Source: Sphyrna mokarran
Taxonomy: Eukaryota
Reading direction: 5' to 3'
DNA: 64,000 bases
NCBI GenBank assembly: GCA_024679065.1
Contig: JAGIQG010000026.1
Span: 31,992,001-32,056,000, forward strand
A program made the position numbers and the translations under genes. The notes beneath the pieces were generated by a model. That model saw only the letters and a program-made list of their open reading frames with translations, was not told the DNA's origin and ran no database searches. Below, piece after piece: positions 39,401-51,400 of this stretch (the stretch's first letter is position 1; each line of letters begins with the position of its first letter).

Positions 39401-42400
39401 TGACAGAATTACAAGCATCAAGGTAAATGATTTTAAATCCAACTTATAAGCAAACAAGAGAGAGTAGTCTGCACACATATGAAATGCAATAAGAAATTTA
39501 AATAAGTGATGATGATTTAAAAACATATACGTTGATATTTTGGAATGTAGTAAATTACTTTATAAATGTATTTTATAAAGATTATTGTTCACTTTAGCCA
39601 TAGGCAGATTCCCATGAAGTATGATGATAAAGGGCATTTGCACAGAACCACATTCTAACGGAATAACGAAACCTTGGAAATATGTACGTTTTATCAGCAG
39701 AGTTTCTAATGGTGAAACATTCACGGCAACTTCATGAATAGCTTTGTTTACTGTCCAGATGAGATGGATGCATGCCCAAATGCGTGATAATGTGTTAGTC
39801 TGACTTGACAATGACCTGGAGGGACGTGCGTGGGAATGTTAACTTTGAACTTAGTGGTCAGGCTTCCGGTTACTAAGGGATACAGGATGTTGAGTTAGCT
39901 AAAATGGAAAAATACATCCAATTTCATTGACAAATGAAATACCTTTATGCCAGAATATAAGGTGCAATTGGCTGGAGTATGTAACAGGTTTAATTGTTAA
40001 TTTATGTATATTGAGGATGATTGATTCAAAACTAATGAAAGGCGGATGGATCTAATTCTAAAATGTATAATTGATCTATCTTGAACTGTATATGCCAGGA
40101 CTTATTGAAGACATCTGGCTGCGCCTAGGACTCTTGAATAATTTCTCCCCATGATCATTTGTCAAATAAAGTTACTTCTAACTGAGACACTGGCTTTCAT
40201 GAGCCTTTATTGTCTAAAGTTTCAGCAATATCTGGCTCACCTCGCAAACTCTAAAACACCTGTTTTTTTTCCAATGACAATTCTTTGTGTTTCAATTAAT
40301 TAACTGAGGCAGGAACAGTCCATAATGTGGTTCTGCATATGATGGTGCCATTCTACACAAGATTTCTTGGCATCCTGTATTTTGCCTCTTTGACATATTT
40401 TGCAATTACTTTATTAAAAAGAACCATAAGAGACGTTATTCTTTCTTTCACTTTTACCTGGGCTGAGCAAACTATTCTCCATTCCCTTTACCAGAAATCA
40501 CCCCAGTTTTGCTTAGAAACTCGTAGCTCAGGTTGGGAACTAAATAGTCGTGCTAGCACCTCTAGCACCATCTTACTCCTTTGAAATCTTATCCCCTATT
40601 CATTATCTTGTAAACTTCCAAAATCAAGCTGTTCATCTTAAATGTAAGGCAGCACAGAATTCATAGAATCATATTGTGCAGAAAGAGGCCATTTGGCCCA
40701 TTGAGTCTGCACCGACAACAATCCCACACAGACCCTATCCCATATTCCTACATACTTACCCACTAATCCCTCTAACGTTTGCATCCTGGGACACTGAGGG
40801 ATAATTTAGAACAGCCAATTAACTTAGCCTGCACATCTTTGGACTGTGGGAGGAAACTGGAGCACCCAGAGGAAACCCAAGGAGACACAAGGAGAATGTA
40901 CAAACTCCACACAGGCAGTGACCCAAGCCGGGATTTGAACCCAGGTCCCTGGAGCTGTGAAGCAGCAGTGCGAACCACTGTGCTACCGTGTTGCATTGGA
41001 GACATTATTGTACGAGTAGCCCATCACTACTCTACAACACTGAGATGGAATCAAAAAATTAAATCAAATGCATCAGCAATGCCAAGCACTATAAATAAAG
41101 TTATCTGATTATTTAGCCTAAGCTTTCAAACAATTTAATACCCATATGACTGACTGACCTAAATTAGGATCAAGTAATACAGACAACAATAGAAAGCACA
41201 GTAAATAAACATACCTTTTTTAATGTTGCAACGAGATCACTGTGTTTTTGCAAGAGTTGTGTAGTGACTTGCAGTGTTCGCAGTTCTTCAAGTGCCTCCA
41301 CACACTTCTTGACATCCTACAAAACACCAGCCATTAAAGCATTTGGCAAAAGTTTAACCTCTATATATTGTTTGCTTAGCTTTCAATTGCTTTTCAGTGG
41401 AATCTTTGCATTCCTCTAAGATCCTAAGAAATAAGAGCAGGGTTAAACCATTCAGATCATTGAACCTGCTCCCTCTTTCAGTATCATCTGATGGTGGCCT
41501 TAAGTCCACTTTCCCAATCTGTCATTTAAAATCCTCAACTCCCTTGTCAAGTAAAAATCTCTCTATCTCAGTTATAAATGTATTCCATCACCAGAGAGAA
41601 TAAATTCCATCTTCATCTGAAAATAGGGACATCTTATTTTTAAACTGCATCTTCTGGTTCTAGATGCCCCCACTGCAGGAGACATCCTCTTAGCACCTAC
41701 CTTATCTTTTTTGACAGTCATGAAATGGTTCCTTAAACTGAAAATCTGATGTGTTATATTTATTCTTACCTAGAGAATCGTTTACTAAGAAATTATTAAT
41801 TAATCCTGTTTCATTATCTATTACCATGTCTAAAATAGCCTGCTAGGTTTCAGATCATTTTGTTCTCAAAAAACTAACCCGAATACACTCCATGCACTTA
41901 TTCTCTAGGTTACCTTTGCCAATTTAATTCATCCAATCTATTTGAAGATTAAGATCTCTTATGGTTGTTATCTTACAGGCCTTTCTTACTTCTTGATTCA
42001 TAATCCACTTTTGTACAAATGCTAAACATCACAAACTGTTATGCATCTCTAGATTCGAAGATTGTCAACATCCTTGACATTTTTCATTCAGTTCTTTTCT
42101 GACATAACTCTACCTAGCAATAGTAATAAGATGATATTTTCTACTATTTCCTAAGCAAGACTAGCCATGCCTGTGACTTTTAGATACACAAAACCTGAAC
42201 AATAGTGCCATCCAGTGACTTGCTATAAACAGTGTATCTGAATGGCCTGAACATCAAAACTTTCACATCCAATAGTGAAATCATTTCTTCATTTCTCAAT
42301 CTTCTCCAAGAAAATAATTGCCTTCTTTCCATAATACAATGGATAGTGCATTGGCAATGTTTGATGTTACATTTCACTTGCTCAACTTCAAAGCTATTTC

Positions 42401-45400
42401 CTATCTAATTTTCATTTCTATGTTGTAAGTTCTGTATTTAATAAGACAAATGATACTAGTTCCACAAAAATGGTGCAGGAGGGAGGTGTCAGTGGTGGTG
42501 GTGGCGTCTCAAAGCAGAAGCACAAATCTTATCTTTTATGCGTCAGGAACTTGCCCTTCCCAAATTTTGGGTTTGCACTGTACAATATAGTGCTTTGAGA
42601 TCAGCATTTTGCAGTACATTCCTCTGGGTTCATTTCTGTGTAACTGGATGACCACTGGCATGTGAATGGGATATTGCAATCTTGCAAAAGTCCTTCTATT
42701 TTCTGGAAGGGACCTGCATGCTCCAAGCAATATCAATTGTGAAACAATTCAACATGGCCAATCAATCTAACTTGCACATCTCTGGGAGGAAATCAGAGCA
42801 CCCAGAGGAAACTTACATTGTTGAACAGGTTAGTTATTACAATGATTTTAAATAACTTTCTTAATAGTTCTCCTAATACAAGGACTCCACACTTAGTGGG
42901 CCAAATGTTTTTTAATTAGTATTCTCCCAGTATCTAGTTGTACTAGATCTAAAACTCCCTTTTCCATATTTACTTCTTTACTGTTGCAGACTGTCATACA
43001 CTTTCACTCATTATGCTTCCTTAATAGGGCATGAAGCAGAATCTCTGACCCTTATTGTCACTACCTGAGGCATCAGTTTCCTGGGCATTATTTTCACCAC
43101 ACCCACTCGACCCCACCCCAGCATCACCATCTCCCCAATCCTTGTACCGACATGAATAAAGCTATTGAGCATCACACTCAATTTTCTCCAAGATGCCCTA
43201 GAAATAATCTAATTTTCTCAAACTAATGTGGTAGTTGAAATACATCCTGGACAGGCGCCAAGTCTAATTCTTTATGTGCTGAATGATAATCCGCAGTTTT
43301 AAAAGTCGCAAGTTGTGAACCTAACCTCACTCAGCTGCATATATACCTCAAATTCCTTGAATATTAAATCATTCCCAAAATAAGTTATTTGGTTAACTGG
43401 GAGTCTAATCTTTTACATGGTAGGCTTCCCTTGAGGGGTCTCACTTAGTTAGCTTGACATATGTACTTGTCCCAATCCAAGTGATTGGGTATCCTTGGTT
43501 CAAGACATTAGATCTTAAAAGAGGATTTATTTTACCTAATTTGAATTGATATAAGTAAATGCAACCAGAAACTATGAAGTGCCTAGACTGGAAAAAAAAA
43601 TTCTGCACAATCAGAAAAACTGTTAAATGAAATAAAGAAAAGCTTTACATGAACTGGATTCCACTTTGAAATTGCTAGAATCTTCGAAGGACTTGGAATT
43701 AAAAACAAATTATTTTAAATCCTATACAAACTACACATCAGTCCCGACTTCCCCAAAGGAAATACGAAGCCGATTTTCAACGCAAATCTTTACTGATACT
43801 CACAGGACTGTCAACCTTTAGAGCATGTTTAATGTCTGTGTGAATCTTTTGAAGCTTCTGTTCTGCGGTCATCTCTGTTAAATAAAAGAAATGTGTTGGA
43901 TCTTCCACAATATTCCTTTATATACCACAAGAGGGAGACAGCATGAAGACAGCAGACCAGGCAAATTATTAATTCATTCAGTCTCTATCATTCAAGCTAT
44001 AGGGTTGATATGTGCACATCTTAGATCCTACTTCAGCCTTTGTAAAAAGTTTTCTCCATTAAGTTCAGGAGACCTAGTTCATGGATTAAAGGTCTGGATA
44101 GAACCACAGAATTTATACTGTGCAGATGGAGGCCATTCAGCCATTGAGCCTGCACCAACAACAAATCTCACCCAAGCCCTATTCCCATAGCTCCAAGTAT
44201 TTACCCTGCTCGTTTCCCTGGCACTAAGAGAGACAATTTAGCATGGTCAATTAACCTAACTTGCATATCTTTCGAGTGTGGGAGGAAATCAGAGCACCCA
44301 AAGGAAACCCAAGCAGACAAGGGGAAAACGTGCAAACTGCACACAGTCACTTGAGGCCAGAATTGAACCTGGGCTGAGGCAGCAGTGCTAACCTCTGTGC
44401 CACTGGTTTTTCCTTTGGTTACTTGAAGAGAGCAAGATGAGTTTGATATTTTAATACCATCCTGCCCTCATTTGAAAACTAGCCTGTGCAACAACAATCA
44501 CATCCACAGATGCTCTATACAGTCTACTCCACCACAATATGTTTGCAGTTGTAATGATATTGATGTTATTAACGTTTAGCATCATTAATCTATGGCAGAA
44601 CTATCACCTCGCCTGCCACAGAATTGGCGCAGGCGAAGATTTGACAATGGAAATCTCCATTGACATTGTGGAAATTTCCAGTCTCGCCTGAGTGATGCCA
44701 TAAAATCCTGTCCTAGGTGTCTTCACATCTCAATTTTTATTTTACTTGTAAAAATCATAGAAAGAGAACCATAAAGCCTGATTGTTACTTCCTGGTTTGC
44801 TGACTTTGAGAATGCTTTAAGATGATTGGCTACTTAGCTTGCTTGTCAACATAATTCCTTCTTGATGCCAAAAGTTCTCACTATGATAAAATTCACATTG
44901 GAGAAGATGAAATCCATGTCAGATAGATCACTAGATCTTGTGGGCAGCTTTTTTAAAAAAAATCAGAGGGGAAGTGCTATCATTTCATACTGACTGCCAA
45001 ATCTGGGCTATCAAATTCCCATTAGATTGCATGTTTAAATTGCTTGTTTCCAACAGTAACTCAAACCCAAGAGGTACATACCTTTTTTCTTTTCTAGTTT
45101 CCGAGCTTGCAACTTTTCTTCTTTCTTCTTTTCCTTTTCTGCTTTGGCTGCCCTGCAGAAAAATTAATTACTTAAATATGAGAAAAGAAAATCTCTTCAA
45201 TTAGTAACTTCAATCCTGGGTTTTCAGGAGTGGTAGCTTTTTCTCTTTAACAATAAAGGGAAAGGCGTGCATTTGTAAAACATCTTCCTTGACCTCAGGG
45301 CATTGCAAGTGCTTTGCAGCCAATTAAGTACTTTACTGAAGTGCTCTAACTCGACCAGCGTAGGAAGTGTGGCAGCCACTATGCACAGATCAAGGTCCCA

Positions 45401-48400
45401 CAGTCAGAAATGTGATAATGAGCAATTTTAAGCTGTAGTAGCACTCCCTTGTGACTCTTTATAATATGGTAGTGTCATCTTTCGTGTCCAACTAACGATT
45501 TGGCTTTAATGTGAAGTCTCACGAACTTCTTACAGGCTGTGGTTTCATTGCACTGATAGTCCAACAGATTTTTTTTGGGAGATAAGCAGATCCTTTGTCA
45601 AGGATCTTACATCCAAGTTGAATACTATTTTTAGCAGAGGCATTGCAAGTGCACTGTGTTATAAGTGTTGTGAGAACTTGGGCTGATCTTGCCTTCCTTA
45701 GCTCAGGGAATTACCCAATTGTTTTTCTGAAATCAGTCATGGACAACTTCCTTCAAGAATGCAAAAGCAGCATTTATTAAAAAATTGGATATTTAACAGA
45801 TTTTTGTTATATCAAGTTGTTAAAAGACAACTTGCCTTTCTTTGTGACGTTCTTCCAGCTTACGTTTTCTTTCTTTTTGTTCTTTCTCTTTTTTCTGTTG
45901 ATTCTGTTTATTTGTGGGCTCGGGATGTGGTTTCTTGGATTTTTTCTTCACCTGTAAACAATAACGTCACATATATTCACTTTTGTTTAACTGCAAAACA
46001 GGAATCAAACACTGCCCACTTATATATATCCTCGTCTTCCCAAATTTTCCTCACTTCCATACATTTTAACCTTCCACAAGAACGGATTGGTTTTTCTGGT
46101 ACAGAGGAATGTTCTGTTGACTAACTTGCTGAACGATAGTAGTCATGATGTAGAAATTGGTGTAGCCAGACTTTACTAACTTGCTGAAAGCAGACCAAAA
46201 ATCTGGTTCTATCAATGCATCAACTCCCTTTTTTCTCTCCAGGTGTATTCTACAATCAATACAAATATATATTCATAACTAAAGCATCCTAGATTGTATT
46301 TATACTACAGTTTAGTATAAATTCAGACAGATAAGTGTAAATCCAGAATCCAAGCCCAAACTGAAGGTAGATGAAAGGAGACTTAGATCCTTTCTACAAC
46401 GTGGGGTAGAGACAATGCAAAACTTTCTCGGCCAGAGTGCACAGTCAATGCAATGACAAACCAGGTTTAAAAGTCCACAGTTCTTCAACTTGCAATTAAT
46501 TTAAATGTTTAGAAAGCAGTGACACTGCCTAATTAAACATTCAAAATTTAACTGCATATATTTGCAAGCATACATCTTCAAGCAAAAGCAGCTGAATTTA
46601 AGGTTCAACCAGGCAATATAAACAGAGTATGACCAAAATGAAAGCTGAAGTTATCAGGCTCAAACTGGTAGCTGGAGTGAAATTGCTCTGCCCCAAGTTA
46701 GGGTTGGGCTAATTTTTTTCACTGGGCAACGCAATATAAGGGCTGGTTAATAATACATTCCTATTATTTTCCTATTTCACCTTGAATGCATCTATGCATC
46801 AAAAACTCAACTGTAACAGCAAGTTCCACAATTATCCAGCCATCTATTATAATTCTCAACGTTAAACCTTGTAGTTGTGTCAAGTTATATTAACTGATGC
46901 ATCTCTGTACCTTGCAATCTTTGATGAACTAGCTCAATTATAGCGTAGTGTCTTTGTTGTGAACAGCATAGTTTGTGGTAACAATACAGTTACAATGGGA
47001 AGCCTAAATTTTGTAATCCAAATATTGATGAATATTATTCATATGGACTTGCAGAAGACATTTGACAAAGTCCCTCTTATGAGACTGTTAGCTAAAGTTA
47101 AATCTCATGAAACTGAAGACTTCTGGCTGGGAAATTGGCCAAGTGACAGGAGAAAGTGTAAGGATATTAGGCAAGTATTTTAATTGACAGAGTGTGACCT
47201 AGTGATGTCTTACAAAAATGATCGTTTTGTGTCGCTGATCAGGGTTGAGATGCTAAATGGCTTGTCCTGTCCTATGGTCTCTAAAGGGACATTTTGTTTA
47301 CACAACGTATAAGGTGACAGGTCCCATCATTATTACTATCCAGTTAAATAGCGTGCTAACATTCACACAGTGGGCGCACATATTAAGCACAGCAACTTGG
47401 ATGAGTATTAATTGGCAGCTAATGGTCATAAAATGGCACCCAAAATGAATTTGCACCTTTAACAATGCTAGCATGATCATTTTAGCGTAATGAATATTCA
47501 TTTAGAATAATGAATATGAGAAGACAGTCACCTCTTTTTCCACCTCCGAATCGGAGTCAGAGGCATATTTCAACTTGTTCCGATTCTTTTTCGTCTTCTT
47601 TGAATCTTTCTTCTTTATTTCATCTACTTCGAGTATTTTGTCCTGTTCCTCCTCTTTTTCTTTCTCTTCTTTCCGTTTCCTCTTCTCTTCCTCTTCCTCC
47701 TCCCTTTCCTTTTCTCTTAACCTTCTCAGCTCTTCTTCCTGCTGCTTCTTCCTCCTTTCCTCTAGCTCTCTCTTCCGTTCCTCATCTCGTTTTTTCCAGT
47801 CACTGATCTTGGCTTCAGCATCGCTGTCACTGTCACTGCTAAAATTAGATACTAAATGTAAGGTACGTCTATCTTTTCATAAGGGAACTCTAAATAACTA
47901 GCACAGGTGCAATGGGTCAAGTATAGAAGTTGTAATTGCAACAATTATAAAAATACAAGTGGTATTTTACCAATTCATGGATTTACTAATCAATTTGAAT
48001 TCTTCAAAACAAGTCATTGATCCTTTTATATTTATTATTCTGCTCATATCAAGTTAAGCTACAAGACAATAATAAGCAAACTTAGTCTTTATGTGGATAA
48101 CGCGATATGATTTCTACTGGTTATTTTCCTTTAAGGCATTGATGTACTTCATTCTATTCCGGTAAATGTGGAAATCCAGTTGGGTCTATTTGGAAAACCA
48201 AATATTTTTGGCCATTTTACTAACCTGAGGCTGCTAGAGACAGATGGTAACCTTTCAATCTTTGGCTTCCTCCCACGGGGTTTTGGAGTCTTCTTTTGTG
48301 CTGCTAAATAAAAAGGAGAAAACGGAGGATCTAAATCGGGCTTGTGGTTAATCGGATATTGACAACATACTTGTCGGTTGTACTAAGCTCCGTATTTTTA

Positions 48401-51400
48401 ACACAATAAACTAATCATGTTATTGTATCTTTAGAAAGTTACAGACATTGTAGGCCTCAAGATAGCAAGCTAAATAAATAATTCATTTTGTCTAATTAAC
48501 CCATCGTAGGGAAGATAGGTTACAAATGCTAATTAATACTTATGACAAGTCGTAAATTGATTAATGTTTAATTGCAAGTACATAAATAATGAAACTAATA
48601 ATGAACTCATCCATTCCCCAATGCTTAGATATTACTAGTTGCTATGAAAATGAATGCCAAATGCAGAAATGATTTTCCTTCATTGCAATACCTGGTTTCC
48701 TGCCTCTGGTAGGTTTCTTTATAGAGTCATCAGAGTCAGATTCTCTCTTATATTCTTCATCGTCATCCTCATCTTCTTCTTGCTTAGCTTGTTCCTGCTC
48801 CTCTTTATCATCATTTTCATCCTCTTGCTTCTCATCTTCTTCCTCCTCCTCTTCCTCTTCAGAATCATACTTCTAGAAAAGTTTATAGAGAAAATAAACA
48901 ATTTGACTCTTAATCTGAGGTTGTGGAGAGAAGGAGAAGGGGGGAATAAGAGTCAAACTGTACAAAATCTGAGTGATTGACAAGTCATCCAAAAATTGGA
49001 TGGTGTTTGCAAATCATTCAACAATAAATGATATGTGCATACAGTATTCTCAACTAATAAGATGTCCCAAAATCCTTCACACACTGAGAAAGCCAAAATA
49101 AAATAAAAGTTTTGAAGAGATTTTTAAAGGCAGAGAGAGAAGTAATACAAAGGGATTTATGATGCAAGTTCCAAAAACAGTGACAACTGTGCTACTGATG
49201 GTAAAGCAAAGGAAGGAACGGAGGGAAGATGCATAAGAGGCCACAAATGAAGGAATCAGAGGGTGAGAGAGAGAAAAAGGACTGCAGAGAGATGGTGGAG
49301 AATGCTTATGGAAATGATGATGTAGTGATAATGTCACTGGACTAGTTTAGAAGATTAATCCAGAAGCTCAGGGTAATGCTCCGAGGCCATGAGTTCAAAT
49401 TCCACCACTGCAGCTGATGGGATTTAAATTGATGAAACAATGAAATTAATATCAATCTGGAAATGAAAGCTAATCTCAGTAATGATGACTATGAAATTAT
49501 TAATGACTGTCATAAAGACCCATCTAGTTCACTTACATCCTTTAGTGAAACGAATCTGCCGTCCTTACACGGTCTGACTAGATATGACTCCAGGCTCACA
49601 GCAATGTGATTGACTCTTAACTGCCCTTTGAAATGCTGAGCAAGCACTGAGTTCAAAGACAGATTAGGGAAGGGCAACAAATGCTTCTAGTGACGTCCAC
49701 ATCCCATGGAAGAATAGAACGATTGCTGCACTGGTTACAGTAAGAACTCAATGTGGGTTAGGAAACAAGATGTAGAGATGCCAGTGTTGGACTGGGGTAA
49801 ACTCAGTAAAGTTTTGCAACACCAATTTTAAATCCAACCAATTTATTTGATAGTAAATCCGCGAGCTTTCGACACTATGTTGTGCCTTCGTCAGGCAAAT
49901 GCAGTGTTCTGATCTGCAGAGGCACTCGTATCCGTGCCTCTGCAGATCAGAACACTGCATTTGCCTGACGAAGGCACAACATAGTGTCGAAAGCTCGCGG
50001 ATTTACTATCAAATAAACTGGTTGGATTTAAAATTGGTGTTGCAAAACTTTACTGAGTTAGGAAACAAGCACAGGATTCTGAAACAGCTATGCAACAAGA
50101 ATAAAAATAAAAGATAAAGATACAGGTAGACACTATTGAGGCAGTGCTAAGTCTTTGTTATAGACAGAGTACAAGACTGGAACTCAAATCAAGGTCAAAG
50201 AGGACATCTGTGTTGCATCGCATGTTTCAGCCTCACCACCGTGGGTAAAGAATCACAGAACTGTTACAGCGCAGAGAGAGGCCATTTGGCCCATTACTTC
50301 TGCACTGACTCTCCAAACAAGCATCAAGGTTTGGTGCCATTTCTCTGCCTTTCTCATGGCCTGCGCATTGTTTTTATTCAAGTAATCATCTAATGTCCTC
50401 TCGAAAGTCTCGACTGAATTTGCCTCTCCCACACTTACAGGCTGTACATTCCAGACCCAAACTACTTGTTGTCTAAAAGCTTCTTCTCACATCACATTTG
50501 CTTCTTTTGCAAACTGTGGCACAATCGTTAGTTCAGTTGCTATGCAGATACAGGGATTTGAGCCGGTATCTGTGGGAGTTTGCGCATTCTCTCCGTGCTC
50601 GCGTGTGTTTACTCCGGGTGCTCCAGTTTCCTCCTACACCTCAAAGATGTGCTCTTAGGCTGATTGGTGAAACAAATTGTCCCCAAATTGTCTCCCCAGT
50701 TTGGTTCCAATAAAGATTCCCATAAACATAGACAAGGATCATGGGTGGAAGTGTGAACATCAAAATGGCGGCGCAGGCTCGTTGGGCCGAAGGGCCTGTT
50801 TCCCATGCTGTGCTGTTCTTTGTTCTAGCAAAGTTCCAGGGACCTGGATTCGATTCTCGGCTTGGGTCACTGTCTGTGTGGAGTTTGCACATTCTCCCTG
50901 TGTCTATGTGGGTTTTCTTTGGGTGCTCCAGTTTCCTCTCTCAGTCCAAAGATGTGCACGTTAGGTTGACTGGCCATGCAAAATTACTTCTTACTGTCCT
51001 GGGATGCATATGTTAGAGGGATTAGCAGGGTAAATATGTGGGGTTTTAGGGATAGGGCCCTGGGCAGGATTGTTATCGGTGCAGATTTGATGTGCCAAGT
51101 TGCCCCTTCTGCACTATAGGGATTCAATGATCATCTTTTAGATCACTTTAAATCTGTGCACTTTTGTTTTTGGTCCTTTTACAAGTGGGAACTTTTCACC
51201 CCATCTACTCTGTGCAGCCCTTTCATGATTTGAACATCTTTATCAAATCTCTTAGCCTTCTCTCCAAGGAGAACAGATCTAATCTCTCTAAACTATCCTT
51301 ATAACTGAAGTTTTGAATCATTCTTGTAAACTCTTTTGCACATCCTTCCTCTAGCGTTGAGCCCAGAATTACGCATTATATTCCAGCTGAGATTTAACCA

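Larger units (their letters stand above)
49770..50059. mobile_element. Penelope-like element terminal remnant arranged as an inverted repeat, with 13-bp TSD
   Basis: Arms 49800-49925 and 49934-50059 (126 bp, 1 mismatch, 8-nt loop); 30-nt unpaired extension 49770-49799; GTTAGGAAACAAG at 49757-49769 and 50057-50069; minimal hammerhead motif in each arm. Confidence 0.8.

Noticed and set aside
47510-48980. Hydrophobic F/L/S-rich plus-strand ORFs resembling membrane proteins
   Set aside because: Antisense shadows of the E/K/D-rich HDGFL2 exons
49800-50059. Pre-miRNA or MITE interpretation of the palindrome
   Set aside because: The stem is far longer and more perfect than a pre-miRNA; the asymmetric 30-nt extension, 13-bp TSD and hammerhead core fit a Penelope-type end better than a DNA-transposon MITE
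49748-50117. Twin ORFs MQCSDLQRH... on opposite strands
   Set aside because: They are by-products of the palindrome, with no protein-family motifs
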